From: a virus | IMG/VR virus record: IMGVR_UViG_3300009174_000002 | Span: 51,517 to 115,516 of that record | Length of the DNA stretch: 64,000 nucleotides | Reading direction: 5' to 3' (one strand) | Shown: positions 49,473 to 58,747 of the stretch, in pieces | How the letters are laid out: the number at the start of each line of letters is the position of its first letter | How positions within the stretch are numbered: the first letter of the stretch is position 1 | Translations under genes and position numbers: made by a program | The notes under the pieces: model-generated | The model's database searches: none | What the model saw: only the letters and a program-made list of their open reading frames with translations | What the model was told of the DNA's origin: nothing

Positions 49473-51551
49473 ATGTTTAAGTATTCTATAATTATTCCTA
49501 CATATAATAAGTGCGAAGAATTATTAAAACCTTGTTTAGAGTCTATAATAAAATATACTAATACCAAAAGCGATGATATTGAAATTATAGTAGTTTCTAA
49601 TGGATGTAAAGATAATACGAAAAAATATATACTCTTTATAGAACCTACGGTAATAAAAAATTTAACACTATTATCATTTGTTAATCCGTTAGGATATTCA
49701 AAAGCTATAAATAAAGGATTAGAAATAGCTACTGGTGAATATATAGTATTACTAAATAATGATACTATTTTATTAAATCAATATAAAAATCAATGGCTTG
49801 ATATTTTAGTAAAACCTATGGAAGAAAACAATAATGTAGGTATTACTGGGCCCATGAAAGTTTTTTCTGAATCTGCAGGAAGAGAATTTATAATTTTTTT
49901 TTGTGTTATGATTAGTAGAAAAGTTATAAATACATTGGGTTTTTTAGATGAGTCTTTTGCAGAAGGATACGGAGAAGATACGGCATATTGCATAGAAGCA
50001 GAAAAAGCAGGCTTTAAAGTTATTCAAGTACCATATGAATCGAAAGAATATTATGAAGATAAAAAAATGATTGGTAGTTTTCCTATATATCATATAGGTA
50101 ATCAAACTTTTAAAGATCAGTCTGATGAAAATTTAATACATAGAAATAATGAAATTTTAAGAAAAAGATATAATATGATAAATATTTCAAAAGCTTTAGA
50201 ATGTGATGGATTTATGTCAGAGGAAGAATTAAAGTGGCTGGCTACTCAAAGTAAAGATAAAAATATAATTGTTGAAATTGGTTCTTGGCATGGAAGATCT
50301 TCGAGGGCAATTGCTGATAATTTACCAGAAAATGGTATTTTATATTGTATTGATCATTGGAAAGGGAGTGAGTTAGAAAGAACTACTAATCATGCTTCCG
50401 CATTCATGAATGAAGGCGATCATGCATTTATGGAATTTTGTAATAATTTGGCTGATCATATTATAAAGGGAAAAGTAATTCCTTTAAGAATGTCTAGTTT
50501 AAATGCATTTAATTTCTTTTCTACTAATAATATAAAACCTGATATGGTTTTTATTGATGCCGGACATACCTATGAAGAAGTTAAAAATGATATTCTAAAT
50601 TGGAAATGTTTATTAAAACATGGAAGTTTATTATGTGGACACGATTATTTTCATCCTAATAACCCTTGGCCTGGAGTAAAACAAGCGGTAGATGAAATTA
50701 TAGTTTGTACGCCTATACAAGGTACATCTATTTGGTCATATGTTATGAATATAATGTCAATAAATAAACAAATTGCTAAAGGTAATATATATGATTGTTT
50801 TACTTTTAATAATGAATTAGATATTCTTGAAATAAGATTAAATGAGTTATATGATGTAGTGGATAGATTTATAATAGTAGAAGCATTAAAAACTCATTCA
50901 AATAGATCAAAAGAATTATGTTTTCACAACAATTTAAAAAGATTTGAGAAATTTTTACATAAAATTACTTATTTAGTAGTTGAAAGTTTTCCTTATACTG
51001 ATTCTTGGGGTATTGAAAGATATCAAAGGGATTATATAATGAAAGGGCTAGAAGGATGTAAAGATAATGATATTATAATAATATCAGATGTAGATGAAAT
51101 ACCAAGATATGAGAGAATAAAAGAATATAAATTAGAAGATGGATTGTGTACATTTGAACAAGATTTATTTTATTACTATTTAAATTGTAAGGCAATTGAT
51201 CAAGTATGGAGATGGTCAAAGATATTACCATATAGTACTTTAAAAAAAATGTCACCCTGTGAAGTTAGATATACATCAGGAAATAATATTAAAAATGGAG
51301 GATGGCATTTTTCTTATATGGGAGGAATAGATAGTATAATTGAAAAAATAAAAAATACTGCTCATCAGGAATATAATAAGCCAGAATTTTTAGATAGAAA
51401 TGAGATAGATAAAAGAATATTTAACGGGGAAGATGTATTTGGAAGAACAAATATGAAATTTAAATACATTAAAATTGATGAATCATTTCCTTCTTATGTA
51501 ATATGGAAAGAAAAAGATTTAGAAATTAAAAATTTAGTTTATAATTTATGA
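49473..51551 (+). CDS. Three-domain glycan enzyme: GT2 + class I SAM methyltransferase + GT17-like
   Basis: SIIIPTYN...LLNND; VEIGSWHGRS...FIDAGHTYE...GHDY; IYDCFTFNNELDILEIRL...ISDVDEIP...GGWHFSY. ATG at 49473 is preferred over 49377. Confidence 0.85.
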   Translation: MFKYSIIIPTYNKCEELLKPCLESIIKYTNTKSDDIEIIVVSNGCKDNTKKYILFIEPTVIKNLTLLSFVNPLGYSKAINKGLEIATGEYIVLLNNDTILLNQYKNQWLDILVKPMEENNNVGITGPMKVFSESAGREFIIFFCVMISRKVINTLGFLDESFAEGYGEDTAYCIEAEKAGFKVIQVPYESKEYYEDKKMIGSFPIYHIGNQTFKDQSDENLIHRNNEILRKRYNMINISKALECDGFMSEEELKWLATQSKDKNIIVEIGSWHGRSSRAIADNLPENGILYCIDHWKGSELERTTNHASAFMNEGDHAFMEFCNNLADHIIKGKVIPLRMSSLNAFNFFSTNNIKPDMVFIDAGHTYEEVKNDILNWKCLLKHGSLLCGHDYFHPNNPWPGVKQAVDEIIVCTPIQGTSIWSYVMNIMSINKQIAKGNIYDCFTFNNELDILEIRLNELYDVVDRFIIVEALKTHSNRSKELCFHNNLKRFEKFLHKITYLVVESFPYTDSWGIERYQRDYIMKGLEGCKDNDIIIISDVDEIPRYERIKEYKLEDGLCTFEQDLFYYYLNCKAIDQVWRWSKILPYSTLKKMSPCEVRYTSGNNIKNGGWHFSYMGGIDSIIEKIKNTAHQEYNKPEFLDRNEIDKRIFNGEDVFGRTNMKFKYIKIDESFPSYVIWKEKDLEIKNLVYNL

Positions 51552-52582
51552 AAATAACCTGTGGTATCCCCACTAAGAATAGATATGATGTACTATCACA
51601 TACATTATTATCTATAGCTTTTCAAACATATAAACCACAAGAAATAATTATTGTTGATGATAGCGATAATCCGATTGACATAAGAACTATTCCTACATAT
51701 TTATATATTTTAAAATTATTTGATGATTTTAAAATCAAATGGAAAGTATTATTTGGTGCAAAAAAAGGGCAACATTATTCACATCAACTAGTTCAAGAAC
51801 AGGCTTTAGGAGAGTATATTTTTAGAGTAGATGATGATGTAATATTAGAACCTAATGTTTTATTAAGTTTATTACATTGTATTCATGGTTGTAAAGAATT
51901 TGGGGCAGTAGCCCCTTTAGTTTTGATGCCTAATTCAACTTCTCTGCCAAAAGATATTAGAAATAAAATTACTAATTTAAATATTCCAAATGTTCAATGG
52001 TTCAATTACAACAACGAAATTAATAATGATATAGCTTATCAAGATGTAGATCATTTATATAGTACATTTTTATATAGAAAAGATATTACAAATTATGAAT
52101 TATCCCTTAGTCCAGTTGCTCATAGAGAAGAAACAATATTCTCATATAAGATCAAAAGAGCAGGATATAAACTTAATATAGATCCTGCCGCTAAATGTTA
52201 TCATTTTAGACAAGAAACAGGAGGTATTAGAAGTTATCAAAATTTAACTTATTATGAACACGATGAAAAAATATTTAAATCCTTATTACATATATGGAAT
52301 GTGGATTCAAGTAATGTTAAATCTATAGTATTAAAAAATGGTATAGGTGACCATTTTGCTTTTAAACATATTTTAAATAAATTAAAAAGTAAATATGAAA
52401 AGTTAATTTTATATGTGACTTTTCCTGAAGTATTTTTTGATATTGAGAATTTAGAATTAAAATCTATTGCAGAAGCCGAACTTCTATTTGGAAATGTAGA
52501 AAATTTTAATATTTATAAATGGATGTGGGATAATAATTGGAAAGGTAATTTAGTAGAAGCGTTTGAAAAATTTTATTTATAA
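51548..52582 (+). CDS. Glycosyltransferase family 2 protein
   Basis: IPTKNR, IIIVDDS, RVDDD and HREET. Confidence 0.85.
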   Translation: MKITCGIPTKNRYDVLSHTLLSIAFQTYKPQEIIIVDDSDNPIDIRTIPTYLYILKLFDDFKIKWKVLFGAKKGQHYSHQLVQEQALGEYIFRVDDDVILEPNVLLSLLHCIHGCKEFGAVAPLVLMPNSTSLPKDIRNKITNLNIPNVQWFNYNNEINNDIAYQDVDHLYSTFLYRKDITNYELSLSPVAHREETIFSYKIKRAGYKLNIDPAAKCYHFRQETGGIRSYQNLTYYEHDEKIFKSLLHIWNVDSSNVKSIVLKNGIGDHFAFKHILNKLKSKYEKLILYVTFPEVFFDIENLELKSIAEAELLFGNVENFNIYKWMWDNNWKGNLVEAFEKFYL

Positions 52583-52912
52583 AAATGAAAATAAAAAAAG
52601 AAACTATAAGTATTATAGGATTAATACTAATTATAATTATAACATTTGTTTGTAGTTATTTAACTTTTAGATATGAATCTACTATTTGGAAAACAACCGA
52701 TGATAAATGACTTAATTTATATCAAGATGATAAACTTACCTTTTATATAACTATAGTATTTATGTTTTCTTTATTATATCCTATTATACAAGTAGCTTTT
52801 AATAAGGATTTTGATATAAAGAAATTCAAAAATTACATTTGGTTGATTATTTTAAGTTTAACATTTATTTTTTTAACAATTTTTTCTTTTATACATTAAA
52901 AACTAGTAAAAA

Positions 52913-53371
52913 ATGGCATATACTACAGATAGAAATGATCCTGATTTAGGATTTGGTGGAAATACAAACCCTGTGGCACAAAATAAAAAATATTTGGTTC
53001 TTTCAGAAGAAGAGAGAGTTAAAGGTTTTATTAGACCAGTAAGAAAAAGTTATATTCATGTAGGTAAAGAAGGACCTAAATATGAACTGGTTGATTTATC
53101 CATAGAAGACAAAGAAAGATTTAAAAGTTATGAATATATTAAGTTTGAGAAGTATCCAGAAGAGGGAAATTGTATAGGTAGGTATTGGTCACAAAAAGAT
53201 TTAGATGAAGTAAATAATGGATGTAAATCGGTTACTACCATGGGCCTACCTTTGGCAGAAACCTATGCTAGGGATCCTAATTTTTATGGGTTTACTTATT
53301 GTGTACATTGTTCAAAACATTTACCAGTAGATGAATTTACTTGGGAGGATGGTAGTAGAGTGGGATCATAA
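52913..53371 (+). CDS. Hypothetical protein with a Cys motif
   Basis: TYCVHC.KHLP. Confidence 0.7.
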   Translation: MAYTTDRNDPDLGFGGNTNPVAQNKKYLVLSEEERVKGFIRPVRKSYIHVGKEGPKYELVDLSIEDKERFKSYEYIKFEKYPEEGNCIGRYWSQKDLDEVNNGCKSVTTMGLPLAETYARDPNFYGFTYCVHCSKHLPVDEFTWEDGSRVGS

Positions 53372-53861
53372 AATAAAACTAGGTATGGATAGATTAAAAA
53401 TTTTAATTGCTCCGTTTGCAAGACCATTGAGAAATGGAAAAGAAAATCCCAAAAATTATCCTTATTGGGAAGTAGTAATAAGAAATTTACATTGTAATTT
53501 TGATATTTTTCAAATAGGAAAATCTGGAGAAAAAATATTTTATAATATCAATGATTATTTTTTTGATTTATCTTTTTCCGAAATAGTAGATTTAGTAAAA
53601 GGATATGATTTATTTATTTCAGTAGATTCGTTTCTGCCACATTTATGTCATTACTATAACAAAACCGGGATAGTTATATTTAGTAGATCAAATCCTAAAT
53701 TATTTGGTTATCCTGAAAATATTAATCTATTGAAAGATGAAAAATATTTAAGGAATGATCAATTTGGAAATTGGGAGGATTGTGAATATTTAAAAGAATC
53801 CTTTATTGATCCAACTATAGTTATTGATACTGTAAGTAAATGGCAAATAAAAAATATTTAG
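53331..53861 (+). CDS. GT9 (heptosyltransferase)-like C-terminal domain protein; true start probably about 53385
   Basis: KNYPYW, FQIG and FISVDSFLPHL. Confidence 0.7.
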   Translation: MNLLGRMVVEWDHKIKLGMDRLKILIAPFARPLRNGKENPKNYPYWEVVIRNLHCNFDIFQIGKSGEKIFYNINDYFFDLSFSEIVDLVKGYDLFISVDSFLPHLCHYYNKTGIVIFSRSNPKLFGYPENINLLKDEKYLRNDQFGNWEDCEYLKESFIDPTIVIDTVSKWQIKNI

Positions 53862-54184
53862 TATGGAATAATTTATCCGATATACCTGATCAACAAACCT
53901 GGAATACATGTACTATTAATTGGATAGATATTTATATCATTGTTGATGTAGAATTTGGTATCGATGGTGGTGCTAATATCAAAAGAAAAAAGATAGTAAA
54001 GAAGAGTAATAGAGATAAAAAATCTAACAGTATTACCATTATTTGTAATTATCAAGGAAAAAGTTTTAAATTAACAAAAGAAACTAAGAAAAGCATTAAT
54101 ATATCTGCCGAAGATATTAAATTTGATATTTTAAAAGAAAATAATGATATAAAAATCAAAATACACTTTCCTTCGAATATTTAA
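53840..54184 (+). CDS. Hypothetical protein
   Basis: 114-aa ORF. Confidence 0.6.
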   Translation: MANKKYLVWNNLSDIPDQQTWNTCTINWIDIYIIVDVEFGIDGGANIKRKKIVKKSNRDKKSNSITIICNYQGKSFKLTKETKKSINISAEDIKFDILKENNDIKIKIHFPSNI

Positions 54185-54200
54185 AAATAAATATTTGTGA

Positions 54201-54827
54201 ATGGAAACTTTCTTTAGGGATAAAAAAAAGATTTTTGAGTGTAAAGTATATGTAGAAGGTGCCGACATTGAAAAAACTTCTGCAAGGTTATTATTAAAAT
54301 TTCCTAAATCAAATTTAAACTTACTTTACTATGGAAAAATTAATGAGAATAATATTTGTTCAATAGAAATACCTGCACTTAAAGAAGTTAAAGATAATGA
54401 AGGAGAAGCTATTTTAGAAGTAATATCAGAATCTACATATTTCGAACCTTGGAAATCTAATATTGAACTTAAACAAGCAAAAACTGTAAAAGTAGAAATG
54501 TTAAATAGAGAAGGTAATAAATTAAATGAAAACATTACTAAAGTCACAGTTTCTCCCATTAAGAAACAAACTAAAAATCTAGTTAAAGAAGTTATTAAAC
54601 CTAAAGTAGATTTTAAAAGTAAATTACTAGAGATTTTTAGAAAAAGCATAAAAGAAAAATTGATTACATCTAGCGGAGCTTCTAAACATTTACCAAGTAA
54701 AACTTCACTAATTATTACCGAGAAATACAAAGGATCCATAAAAAATACTGAGGAAACTTTATTTCAATATTTTATTGATAAACTAGGGAAAGAAAAAATT
54801 TCTTTAGTAAAGAAAAATCTTCTATAA
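54201..54827 (+). CDS. Hypothetical, possibly virion, protein
   Basis: Preceded by TATTTAAA (54178-54185); has LNE/VKE/IKE sites. Confidence 0.65.
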   Translation: METFFRDKKKIFECKVYVEGADIEKTSARLLLKFPKSNLNLLYYGKINENNICSIEIPALKEVKDNEGEAILEVISESTYFEPWKSNIELKQAKTVKVEMLNREGNKLNENITKVTVSPIKKQTKNLVKEVIKPKVDFKSKLLEIFRKSIKEKLITSSGASKHLPSKTSLIITEKYKGSIKNTEETLFQYFIDKLGKEKISLVKKNLL

Positions 54828-54887
54828 ATTTTGTTTTGATAATTAAATCTTTAAATTTAATTATTAGATAAAATTTTAAGAAATGTT

Positions 54888-55781
54888 ATGAACCAAATCG
54901 AGCAATTAAATTATAAAAATAAAGAAGGTTTAAGTTTAGCTGATCGTCAAAAGGAATATGAGAATATTACTCGTACCTACCTTATACCTAAACAACCAGT
55001 AATTATCAGAATAGATGGAAAGGCATTTCATAGTTATACAAAACAAAAATGTTTTTCTAAGCCGTTTGATAAAAACATTTCTTTAGCTTTTGAGAAAAGT
55101 ACAAAAGAATTATGCGAATCTTTACAAAATGTAGAGTTTGCCTATCATCAAAGTGACGAAGTAAGTATTTTCTTAAAAGATTATACCGAAGAAAAACAAC
55201 AACAATTTTTTAACGGTAATATTCAAAAGATAGTTTCAGTAGCAACTTCACAATTTACTTATTTTTTTAATAAGAATATTAAAGAATTACTAGAAACTAA
55301 TGTAATAGGCGATATTACTCTTAAACCTGCTTTTTTTGATGGAAGAGTATTTAATTTGCCTCTACATGAAGTAAGCAATTATTTTATTTGGAGACAAAGG
55401 GATGCAATTAGAAATAGTATTACTTCTCATAGTTTGGCTTATTTTTCTCAAAAAGAATTACATAAGAAAAATAGTGATGAAAAAGTTAATATGCTAGATA
55501 AGTTAGCTTTTGAGAAAAATGATTCTACTATTATGTGGAAAGAACTAGATATTTCCTTACAAAGAGGAACAGTTTATTATAAAATAGATATTGAGGAAAA
55601 GATAAAAGATTTACCTCAGAATATTATTGATATTTACATTAAACAAGGAAAAGAAATATCTGATACTGTAATTAGAAATAGATGGATGATAGATTATAAT
55701 ATTCCTATTTTTTCCGAAAATAAAAATTTTATAGAAAGATTTGTTATAAACGAAAATGGAAATAATCTTCAATCCTTCTGA
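54888..55781 (+). CDS. tRNA(His) guanylyltransferase Thg1-like protein
   Basis: RIDGKAFHSYT, QSDEVS, FDGR and YFIWRQ.DAIRNS. Confidence 0.92.
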   Translation: MNQIEQLNYKNKEGLSLADRQKEYENITRTYLIPKQPVIIRIDGKAFHSYTKQKCFSKPFDKNISLAFEKSTKELCESLQNVEFAYHQSDEVSIFLKDYTEEKQQQFFNGNIQKIVSVATSQFTYFFNKNIKELLETNVIGDITLKPAFFDGRVFNLPLHEVSNYFIWRQRDAIRNSITSHSLAYFSQKELHKKNSDEKVNMLDKLAFEKNDSTIMWKELDISLQRGTVYYKIDIEEKIKDLPQNIIDIYIKQGKEISDTVIRNRWMIDYNIPIFSENKNFIERFVINENGNNLQSF

Positions 55782-56154
55782 TTATTGTTTATATAGAGAT
55801 GACAATCAGAAAGTAAATGTATTAGAATTTTTATATCATATTTTAAGTCTACTTGATAAAACTATAGTAGATAAAAAGATTCAAGATAAAAGTTCCTTAA
55901 ATTTTGGAGTATTAGGATATTGTATTGCATCTTTGGAAAAAGGAATAGGAATATGTGATAATATTATTGATACAGTATACAATTATGAAAATAAACAGGA
56001 TAATATTAATTTAGAATTTTCATTTGCGTTTTTTGATAGCACATTATTAGAAGTATTTTTTGATAAATATAAACTAAGAGTCTACCCTGAATTATTGTTT
56101 ATTTTACTTGATAAAAGCATACAATTCACTAATACAAAAATTACAAATAAATAA
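55756..56154 (+). CDS. Hypothetical protein
   Basis: 132-aa ORF. Confidence 0.6.
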   Translation: MEIIFNPSDYCLYRDDNQKVNVLEFLYHILSLLDKTIVDKKIQDKSSLNFGVLGYCIASLEKGIGICDNIIDTVYNYENKQDNINLEFSFAFFDSTLLEVFFDKYKLRVYPELLFILLDKSIQFTNTKITNK

Positions 56155-56157
56155 AAA

Positions 56158-56697
56158 ATGGAATTAAAAGAATATCAGCAGCAAACCTTGAGAACTTTAA
56201 AACTTATTAATCCTGATATGGATATTGCTCATATGTTGTTTGGAATGAATGGTGAGTTTAATGAATTATATAATGCAATAGATGACATAAATAGAGGAGA
56301 AGAGCTCACCGATCAACTTTGGTATCTTTCGAACTATTGTAATATGAAAGAAATAACACTTTATAAAATTTTTGATTTTAAATTTAGGTTATTTTACTAT
56401 GAATTGAAATTCTATAATTATATTGAAAAACTACAATGTGAAATTAGTATCTTAACTGATTTAGAAAAGAAAAAATTAATATATGGTAAAGAAATAAGTA
56501 TAGATGAAATAAAAGATCAAGTTATAGAAATAGCCAAAAGTTTAAACGATTGTTATTCTTTTTATGAAATTGACCCTCAACAAGCCATGGAAAATAATAT
56601 TGCAAAACTGAAAGTAAGATATCCAGAAAAGTTCACAGAAGAAAATGCATTAAATAGGAACTTAGAACTTGAAAGGAAAGTATTAGAAAATAAATAA
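56158..56697 (+). CDS. MazG-like nucleotide pyrophosphohydrolase
   Basis: EYQ, GEFNEL, EELTDQLWY and NIAKL.VRYP. Confidence 0.75.
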   Translation: MELKEYQQQTLRTLKLINPDMDIAHMLFGMNGEFNELYNAIDDINRGEELTDQLWYLSNYCNMKEITLYKIFDFKFRLFYYELKFYNYIEKLQCEISILTDLEKKKLIYGKEISIDEIKDQVIEIAKSLNDCYSFYEIDPQQAMENNIAKLKVRYPEKFTEENALNRNLELERKVLENK

Positions 56698-56701
56698 ATT
56701 A

Positions 56702-57034
56702 ATGGAGATAGAAATATTCACTCATGGTATAGTTATAGTAGATTCTAAAACATTGGTAGAAGATAATGAATTAGAAATTTTACATTTTGTAGGTTTTTCA
56801 AGAGAAATAACAGAAGAGGATATAGATAATATTAAACAAGAAGCTCAAACTGTAGAAGAGTTTGGTTTAATTGAAGCATATGAAAGGTGTTTATTTTTAA
56901 AAGCTCCAAAAGAACTAGTTGAATTTTATAATATAGTAATAGAACAAAACGAAATTGATTTTGAGCCTGATGGCAATTTAAATAATTTAGATAATTTTGA
57001 TGAAGAAGATGATCAAGATGATTCTATAGATTAG
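56702..57034 (+). CDS. Acidic hypothetical protein
   Basis: 110-aa ORF. Confidence 0.65.
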   Translation: MEIEIFTHGIVIVDSKTLVEDNELEILHFVGFSREITEEDIDNIKQEAQTVEEFGLIEAYERCLFLKAPKELVEFYNIVIEQNEIDFEPDGNLNNLDNFDEEDDQDDSID

Positions 57035-57067
57035 TTTTTGTTTAATTCAATGTGTGTTAATTTTTAG

Positions 57068-57100
57068 GCAAGAAATTCTATTTTTATAGAATTTCTTTTT
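57068..57100 (+). terminator. Terminator-like hairpin
   Basis: Stem aagaaattcta / tagaatttctt followed by Ts. Confidence 0.6.
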
Positions 57101-57126
57101 GTTTACTTATGATTAACTATCTTCAT
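57101..57126 (+). promoter_or_regulatory. Early-type promoter motif
   Basis: gtttact tatgattaac tatcttcat, 21 nt before the ATG at 57148. Confidence 0.55.
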
Positions 57127-57147
57127 TTGAAAATAAATAAAATATAT

Positions 57148-57528
57148 ATGGAATTAACCTCAGAAAATGTAAATCAAGTTTTTACTAATTGTCTTTTTTT
57201 GGAAGATGAAGAAAAGAATAATTTTGTTATGGCCAAAGGTATTACAATAGATGTAGGTTTTCATCCTAAAAGATTGGAAGAACATAAAGATAAAATTATT
57301 GAAATGTTAGATCAACTGCCCAATGATTTTAAAATGGAAGGAGGTGGAGGATCTAGTTTTTTAAACGCCTGTCTAGATAAAAATGGAAATCAATGGACAG
57401 ATTTGCATAAAACAGTTGAAAAATTATTACTTTTGGGATTAGGTATTGATAAAATTTTTTACTGTTTACCTAAAGAAATGTGGCAATTTTTCCCAGGTGG
57501 AATGCCTTATTTTTTTATTAAAAACTAA
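57148..57528 (+). CDS. Hypothetical phage protein
   Basis: GFHP.RL, GGGG.SFLNAC and FPGGMPY; start placed at MELTSEN, downstream of the promoter motif. Confidence 0.7.
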   Translation: MELTSENVNQVFTNCLFLEDEEKNNFVMAKGITIDVGFHPKRLEEHKDKIIEMLDQLPNDFKMEGGGGSSFLNACLDKNGNQWTDLHKTVEKLLLLGLGIDKIFYCLPKEMWQFFPGGMPYFFIKN

Positions 57529-57607
57529 TAAAATAATATTAATTTTTTATAAATTTTATCTAGTAAACTGTTAATATTTAATTATTTTTATAAAACTTTT
57601 TTAAAAC

Positions 57608-58681
57608 ATGAATTCTCAATTACTTTTAAGTAGAGAGAGTGACCAAATAGTATTATTTACCCTAACTGATGTAGAGGATATAAAAACCTCTCGGAATAGA
57701 ATACTGGGAAACAAAAAAATGTTTTCTGAGATTTTGTATGAGGGTGAATTAAATAAACCACAAACTATAAAGGAAATTAGTAAATTTGTAAAGGATTTAA
57801 CTCAGTTAAGTTTTGCTAATAATATTACTTATATATTTATAGTTGCAGAAAAAACTAATCCTACCTATGAACCTGAAATAAAAGATGTTGATGATTCTAA
57901 TAATAGTAGAACAAGAAAAAATTGGACACGCGAAGAAGAGGCTTTATTGTTATCGGATGATCCTGAAGTTGTGGCTAAAGTAATTGAAAGATCAGTAGAA
58001 TCTGTAAAACAAAAAATAAGAGTTCTAAAATTAAATCAACCACATTATTATAGACAATTATTAAAAAATGCAGGTGAATATTACACTAATCCTTCAATAA
58101 ATGCAACAGATAAAGTAATTTGGAAAGAAAATGAGGATATAATATTATTTATTTTTCCTGAAACAAGAAGTGCGGCAAAATTATTAAATGTTGATTTGCA
58201 AAAATGTTTTAATAGGATTAGTTATTTAAAATATAATAAAAAAGATCTTTATAAACGATTTTCCGAACACGGTAATATTTTAAAATCTGTATCAAATATT
58301 AAAGAAAAACTTAAATTAGCTGCTGAATTTCTTGAGGGGAAAAAGGATAATTCCGAATTATTGACCAAATATTATAATTTAGCGGACAATTATCTCAATA
58401 TGAATAATAAGGAAAATAATTCTACAATCAATAATCAGCCAGTATATACGCTACCTTCTCAACCACAAATATCACAACCACAAACAAGTCAGCACTCACA
58501 GCAACAAACAATAGAAAATCATAATTCTACAGAATTTAAACAAAAAGTTTCAGAGGAAATTGTAGTAGTAGAACAGCCAATATTTCAAAGTTTTGTATTT
58601 ACATTTAATGACTTTAAAGTAGTATTTAAAAAGCAGCCTAGCTCAATAAGAATTGAAGGGAATACATTATATATAGATTAA
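57608..58681 (+). CDS. Putative DNA-binding regulator with two Myb-like HTH repeats
   Basis: NWTREEEALL...VAKVIERSVESVKQKIRVL and IWKENEDIIL...AAKLL. Confidence 0.6.
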   Translation: MNSQLLLSRESDQIVLFTLTDVEDIKTSRNRILGNKKMFSEILYEGELNKPQTIKEISKFVKDLTQLSFANNITYIFIVAEKTNPTYEPEIKDVDDSNNSRTRKNWTREEEALLLSDDPEVVAKVIERSVESVKQKIRVLKLNQPHYYRQLLKNAGEYYTNPSINATDKVIWKENEDIILFIFPETRSAAKLLNVDLQKCFNRISYLKYNKKDLYKRFSEHGNILKSVSNIKEKLKLAAEFLEGKKDNSELLTKYYNLADNYLNMNNKENNSTINNQPVYTLPSQPQISQPQTSQHSQQQTIENHNSTEFKQKVSEEIVVVEQPIFQSFVFTFNDFKVVFKKQPSSIRIEGNTLYID

Positions 58682-58710
58682 GGATTGTTTCGTTTACATG
58701 GTTTTTTAAG

Positions 58711-58747
58711 AAAAGTAGGGTAGGATTAATCTCCTCCCTATTTTTTA
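58711..58747. terminator. Terminator between convergent genes
   Basis: Imperfect stem taggg(t)agga / tcct-cccta with T-tract. Confidence 0.6.
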
